From Phoronis australis (taxonomy: Eukaryota > Animalia > Phoronida): a DNA stretch of 64,000 nt. Of this stretch, positions 60,601-64,000 are shown piece after piece. A program made the position numbers and the translations under genes. The stretch's first letter is position 1, and every line of letters begins with the position of its first letter. Under the pieces are notes generated by a model. It had not been told where the DNA came from, searched no databases, and saw only the letters and a list, made by a program, of their open reading frames with translations. The stretch lies in assembly GCA_002633005.1 (NCBI GenBank), contig NMRA01000170.1:406129-470128 (forward strand). Direction: 5' to 3'.

Positions 60601-63365
60601 CCCTCTGGATACAGTGATGTAGTAATGTTTAGTGGTTATTATTCTCAAAGATAAGTTGTAACCTACTTTGTCTTGACACTTCTTGCACCAAGCTTTAAAA
60701 CATTTTTTCAGCTTAAACTATGCACAGACGATGAGTCACTAGTCTAGGTATCTGCGTCAAGTGAAAGGTGGTTACCTGCAAACAGCCAGAAAAAATACTC
60801 AGTGAAACACGCCAATTTGGCTAGTTCTTTCAGTTGTTTTCTAATTTTCGCTCCTTGGATACATTTTGCCATGTGCCTCCTGTTTACTACATAACCTCCT
60901 CTGAATGGTGTCGTGATAATTTCGCATGAGTGAATGGTCATATTTCATCGGTCAGTGAAGCTTATCAACCAAGCTCTGTGCAGCTCATCTCACCCGCCCA
61001 CTGTGAGGATTTGGACGCACTTGTTAAGAAATCAAGCACATAGTCTACTTTCCTCACCGCCTTGTGAGGAAAGATGCTCCCAGTTCACTTAGGGGCAGGC
61101 ATGAGTTATTACCTGGTACACACATTTGAGGTGGATGACTCTCTGTCTGAGCCTAGCTTTACAGACTCTCTGTCATTTTTCATCTATTATTCATTATAAG
61201 TATTCTTCCAGCTGAACCGTGCCACGATTCAAAATCCAACTACAGGAAAACTGGAGTTTGCGCCGTATCGAATCAGTAAGAGGTAAGAACAAAGTATGAG
61301 TTAAGGAACCCTTGCGTGTAGACTTATAGGTGCTTGAGGTCCCTAAGTGAAATATTGGAAGTATGTATACTCATTTGATTTCATAACTTGGACGGTTTTT
61401 CTTACCTCAACCTCTTACCTCAACATAAAATTTTTGACACACTGTGTGATGCTGCCTGACTAAAAATAGATAGCAGGCAGTCATTAGACATACACAGGCC
61501 TCATAGGTCGGGCCTATTGTACAAAACACCTGATTTGGATCTCACGAGAACCCTCATGTGTATATTGTGACAAGGTTGTTCTTCCTGAGAGCAGTTGCAA
61601 AATCTGTAGACGGGTAGGTCACATTCATCTGCTATTGGTGGTTGGAATTTGAACCGAGTTACTGTTTACAGATAGAATCCACAACCAATATCGTTTCTGC
61701 TTGTCTGGTCATCTGACTTGACTACCTGAATGTTTCCATGTATGCAGTTGTTACATTATTTCTCAGGCACCACAGTGAGAAACTTGCTGTAAATAATCCC
61801 ATTGTGGATTCAAACAGATTTTTACTATGAACAATTTTGCACTGGGATACAAATTGTGGTGGGATTGTCAGTCCCAGCATCTATACCAGGATTATTCTGG
61901 AAACATTTATTCATTAGTTTGCTGGGTTTGATTGTTTAATCCACTGTCGGAGCATGCGTGATATTACTCTGCCTTTTGTGTTTATTGTCTTTCTGATATT
62001 ATCATGTCTTGGCCACTTAATTATCTGTTCTGACACTGGGTACATTTGTTCTGATAACAGGGTGCAACATAACTTGCTGGGATTTTTTAATAGCACGGGA
62101 CACAACCGATTAAGGAAAATAGTTCCGGTAAGAGATTCATGCAAAATGACTAGGATTTTGAAATATTGGGAACACAGCTTTTGTGAATTTTGAACTAGCC
62201 TTTGTCTTTGGTTCTCCAGTTTATGTAAGAGTGGGTTATTTTTCCCTGACTTGGGTTCTTGCATTTTGTGTTGTCAGTGCCTGGTTGAAGACTTATGAGG
62301 CACCGTTCCTTGAAACTCTAGAACAGCGTGTTGCCGACTTCACACAACTCAACATGGAGGTGGCTGAAGAACTCCAGGTATGGCGATGACTGGTTTCAAC
62401 TTAATTTGCCCCCGTATTTTCATCAATAAATAAGGTGGACAATTATAGATATTAAGCAAATTTTAAACACTTTTTCATAATCATCATATAAAACATGGTT
62501 CATTACATTAAAATCTCAATTATTTGGCAAAAAAGCCAAAATAGCTTTGTCATTTTTCAAAATTTTTAACCTTGTTATGAATGCCTGCAATTTTTCAAAA
62601 TATTGTCTTATGATAGTTTAATGGAAACAGAAAAGTAAAGCAATTTAGTTTTTTGCTAACTTATCAATTAATGAAAAAATGAGACCATTAAGCTCATATA
62701 TCTTTCCATGTTGCATCCAAAATTGGGGAGATTTTACCCCATTCCCAAAATATGAAATTAATGTATTTTCTTTAATTGTATTGCAATTGAGTGAAAAATT
62801 CATTCAATACATTTTCTTCCCTGATACAGACAAAAATTCTTAATTGTGTACAGTGTGTCTTTAAAAGCCATGTTATTGATACCTTTAACTTTGTGATTCA
62901 AGCTGCTTGTACCATGTACACTTTTAGGTTGTCAATTATGGGATTGGTGGCCATTATGAACCGCACTATGACTTTGCAAGGGTAAGTGACTTGTGTGTTT
63001 AGTTTTGGGGGGCATGTCCGTGCTCCATATGTTAACCATTGCGTGAATATGAACCTGGGGTAGACTCGCTCCAGTTTGTGTCACAGAAACTTGAAAATGT
63101 CATCCTTTTTACTTCTAAAATGTCATGGCGTCATTGTATTTGTTTGAAAAATTCATGGTTCACCTGAATCAAATTTTTGAAACGTAGTCAAAGTGAACTA
63201 TATATGAGCTGGAATACCCCTTGTAAATGATTCATGTTTTGGTTGACATGAGCCAGGCCACTGCCCTTTAAGTGCATAGAACCTCTATAAACATGTCTCA
63301 GTGTTTTGTAGGTAGCCAATTATGGAATTGGCGGCCATTATGAGCCTCATTTTGATCACGCACGG
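36473..63365 (+). CDS. P4HA: Collagen prolyl 4-hydroxylase alpha subunit, 5' portion (437 codons visible; gene continues past the window end)
   Basis: GT-AG exons join in frame: signal peptide + ELFTAL, HLGNPVNSYLLIKRF..DW, FPTEDDLKGAAAALLRLQDTY, TPR-like substrate-binding domain, YESLCRGE, FHDVITDAEI, RATIQNP..G.LE.A.YRISKSAWL, AEELQV.NYGIGGHYEPHxD. Paralog number (1/2/3) cannot be assigned. Confidence 0.95.
41456..44819. mobile_element. 3.4-kb foldback element with arms built of about 139-bp tandem subrepeats, in the first P4HA coding intron
   Basis: Left arm (41456 to about 42520) is the reverse complement of the right arm (about 44030-44819); GAGCTAGATCAA/TTGATCTAGCTC recurs every 137-142 bp. 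Confidence 0.88.
42931..43012. repeat. 16-bp minisatellite (AGGTTCACTATTCCGA-like) x5 inside the foldback
   Basis: Direct reading. Confidence 0.65.
45521..45672 (+). CDS. P4HA: P4HA coding exon 2 (HLGNPVNSYLLIKRFTRDW)
   Basis: CAG/GTAATG, 152 nt. Confidence 0.92.
45978..46006. repeat. (GT)n/(GTGC)n microsatellite
   Basis: Direct reading. Confidence 0.85.
46722..46886 (+). CDS. P4HA: P4HA coding exon 3 (FPTEDDLKGAAAALLRLQDTYQL)
   Basis: CAG/GTATGT, 165 nt. Confidence 0.93.
48846..49006 (+). CDS. P4HA: P4HA alternative exon 4a (AVECYEIGRSAY...ILDHLSYSNFQ)
   Basis: TAG/GTGAGA, 161 nt, phase 1 to 0. Confidence 0.9.
49720..49880 (+). CDS. P4HA: P4HA alternative exon 4b (AEECYELGRFAY...IVDHLAYAHSV)
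   Basis: TAG/GTAAGC, 161 nt, same phases as 4a. Confidence 0.9.
50405..52060. mobile_element. Old Helitron/Helentron-like non-autonomous element with a degenerate internal tandem array (about 130-160 bp units)
   Basis: Head TTATGCACCCAC..GTGGTCGCATTATG followed by a CGTC-type microsatellite, then about 10 degenerate units containing GCCCCCTAGTGGC-like cores and TGAAATTTG; family assignment is inference. Confidence 0.55.
53343..53394 (+). CDS. P4HA: P4HA coding exon 5, copy 1 (QGNVRKALVLTDELLTL)
   Basis: CAG/GTAAGT, 52 nt; lies inside the duplicated 3-kb block. Confidence 0.8.
55039..55714. mobile_element. Insertion present only after copy 1 of the duplication (probable polymorphic transposon end, cut off at the contig join)
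   Basis: Copy 1 reads TACTAAAAG|CAGGAAGAG... and copy 2 reads TACTAAAAG|TTATTG...; the segment is more GC/CpG-rich than the flanking intron. Confidence 0.5.
57001..57052 (+). CDS. P4HA: P4HA coding exon 5, copy 2 (QGNVRKALVLTDELLAI), probably the other allele
   Basis: CAG/GTAAGT, 52 nt; 4 nt differences from copy 1. Confidence 0.75.
59167..59360 (+). CDS. P4HA: P4HA coding exon 6 (PDHERALGNKRYYE...YESLCRGE)
   Basis: CAG/GTGAGT, 194 nt. Confidence 0.93.
59725..59898 (+). CDS. P4HA: P4HA coding exon 7 (LKCFY...PFKEEEAYLNPRIVVFHDVITDAEI)
   Basis: CAG/GTAAGC, 174 nt. Confidence 0.93.
61212..61282 (+). CDS. P4HA: P4HA coding exon 8 (LNRATIQNPTTGKLEFAPYRISKS)
   Basis: CAG/GTAAGA, 71 nt. Confidence 0.93.
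62278..62377 (+). CDS. P4HA: P4HA coding exon 9 (AWLK...AEELQ)
   Basis: CAG/GTATGG, 100 nt. Confidence 0.92.
62928..62981 (+). CDS. P4HA: P4HA alternative exon 10a (VVNYGIGGHYEPHYDFAR)
   Basis: TAG/GTAAGT, 54 nt, HxD iron-binding motif. Confidence 0.92.
63312..63365 (+). CDS. P4HA: P4HA alternative exon 10b (VANYGIGGHYEPHFDHAR)
   Basis: TAG/GTAAGT, 54 nt, HxD iron-binding motif. Confidence 0.92.
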
Positions 63366-64000
63366 GTAAGTCGGAGAATGCTTGATGATTTTGGTGGTCA
63401 TGAAGTGTCCATGTGCTGCCTGCAACTTTTCGGTTCCATTCTGGTTTCAAAGCTCACATAATCCTTGAGGCCTTGTCTGTGACCACACACAGTGGAAGTT
63501 ACGGGGTAATGGTTCGCACAGAACTTGAAAGTTTGGGTATTTATAAGGCTTGAAAAGTTGTGTATTTTTTACACAAAACGTTGTCTAGTTTTCAAAAATC
63601 TGAAATATAACGATATTAATTTTGGGAATGATTTTTGTTTCTTTCCTATCGGTCTCATGATTGTCACAAAAATCACGTGGGAAATTAAACTCTTCTCAGT
63701 CATTATGATTCCACCTAGTTATCACGGTCAAACAGGCCTACTCATACCAGCCCTACCAGTCACTGCCCTCAGGGTTGACATACTTGTCTTGTAGGGTGTT
63801 GAAAAATCCTTGAATTATGTCCAAGAAGTTCCGAAAAAGATCGTGCATTTCGTCACCAGAATACTGTGTGAACCACGAGTATTGCTAAGCTGCTTTCGCA
63901 CTGACCTCATTTCTCTTTGCATGATGAAGTCATGTAAACCTGTTGCGTCAATTTCTGCTTCTGATCACCTGGCTGAGCATTTTTAAATTAGCTTGCAGCT

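Noticed and set aside
60712-60747. 36-nt AG..GT-bounded segment between P4HA exons 7 and 8 ending in TAG (possible poison exon)
   Set aside because: Weak donor (GTATCT), no homology, and such matches are expected by chance.
61649-61685. LNRVTV..NP resembling a decayed duplicate of P4HA exon 8, the exon that is duplicated in human P4HA1
   Set aside because: No AG acceptor and an in-frame stop; GGAATTTGAACC is better explained as a reverse-strand SINE B-box.
63795-63900. Open frame after a TGTAG acceptor as the next P4HA exon
   Set aside because: Lacks the expected GNR.AT motif and a clear donor; the next true exon is presumably beyond the window.

Overview
Animal (non-vertebrate-looking, AT-rich, intron-rich) nuclear DNA from a draft assembly, with one long N gap (6948-7884) and two single-N joins (33455, 55715). 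Three protein-coding genes can be read directly. (1) A single-coding-exon type II membrane WSC-domain + carbohydrate sulfotransferase (minus, 10443-12023). (2) A complete 16-exon neutral ceramidase (ASAH2-like, minus, 16978-36032, 728 aa). (3) Head-to-head with it, 440 bp away, a collagen prolyl 4-hydroxylase alpha subunit (P4HA, plus, 36473 to beyond the window end). The most striking feature is that P4HA carries two old, intact pairs of tandem homologous exons that look mutually exclusive. One pair (161 nt each) swaps the first half of the peptide-substrate-binding domain. The other (54 nt each) swaps the catalytic Fe(II)-binding HxD exon (HYDFAR vs HFDHAR). Each pair has matching motifs in the downstream introns. 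The rest is repeats: foldback elements and MITEs, a two-headed THAP-bearing Kolobok-like element, a LINE RT relic, a satellite and microsatellites. Two kb-scale tandem duplications joined by a single N are probably uncollapsed haplotypes. All exon calls were made by eye from splice signals, frame continuity and remembered family motifs; no database search was run.
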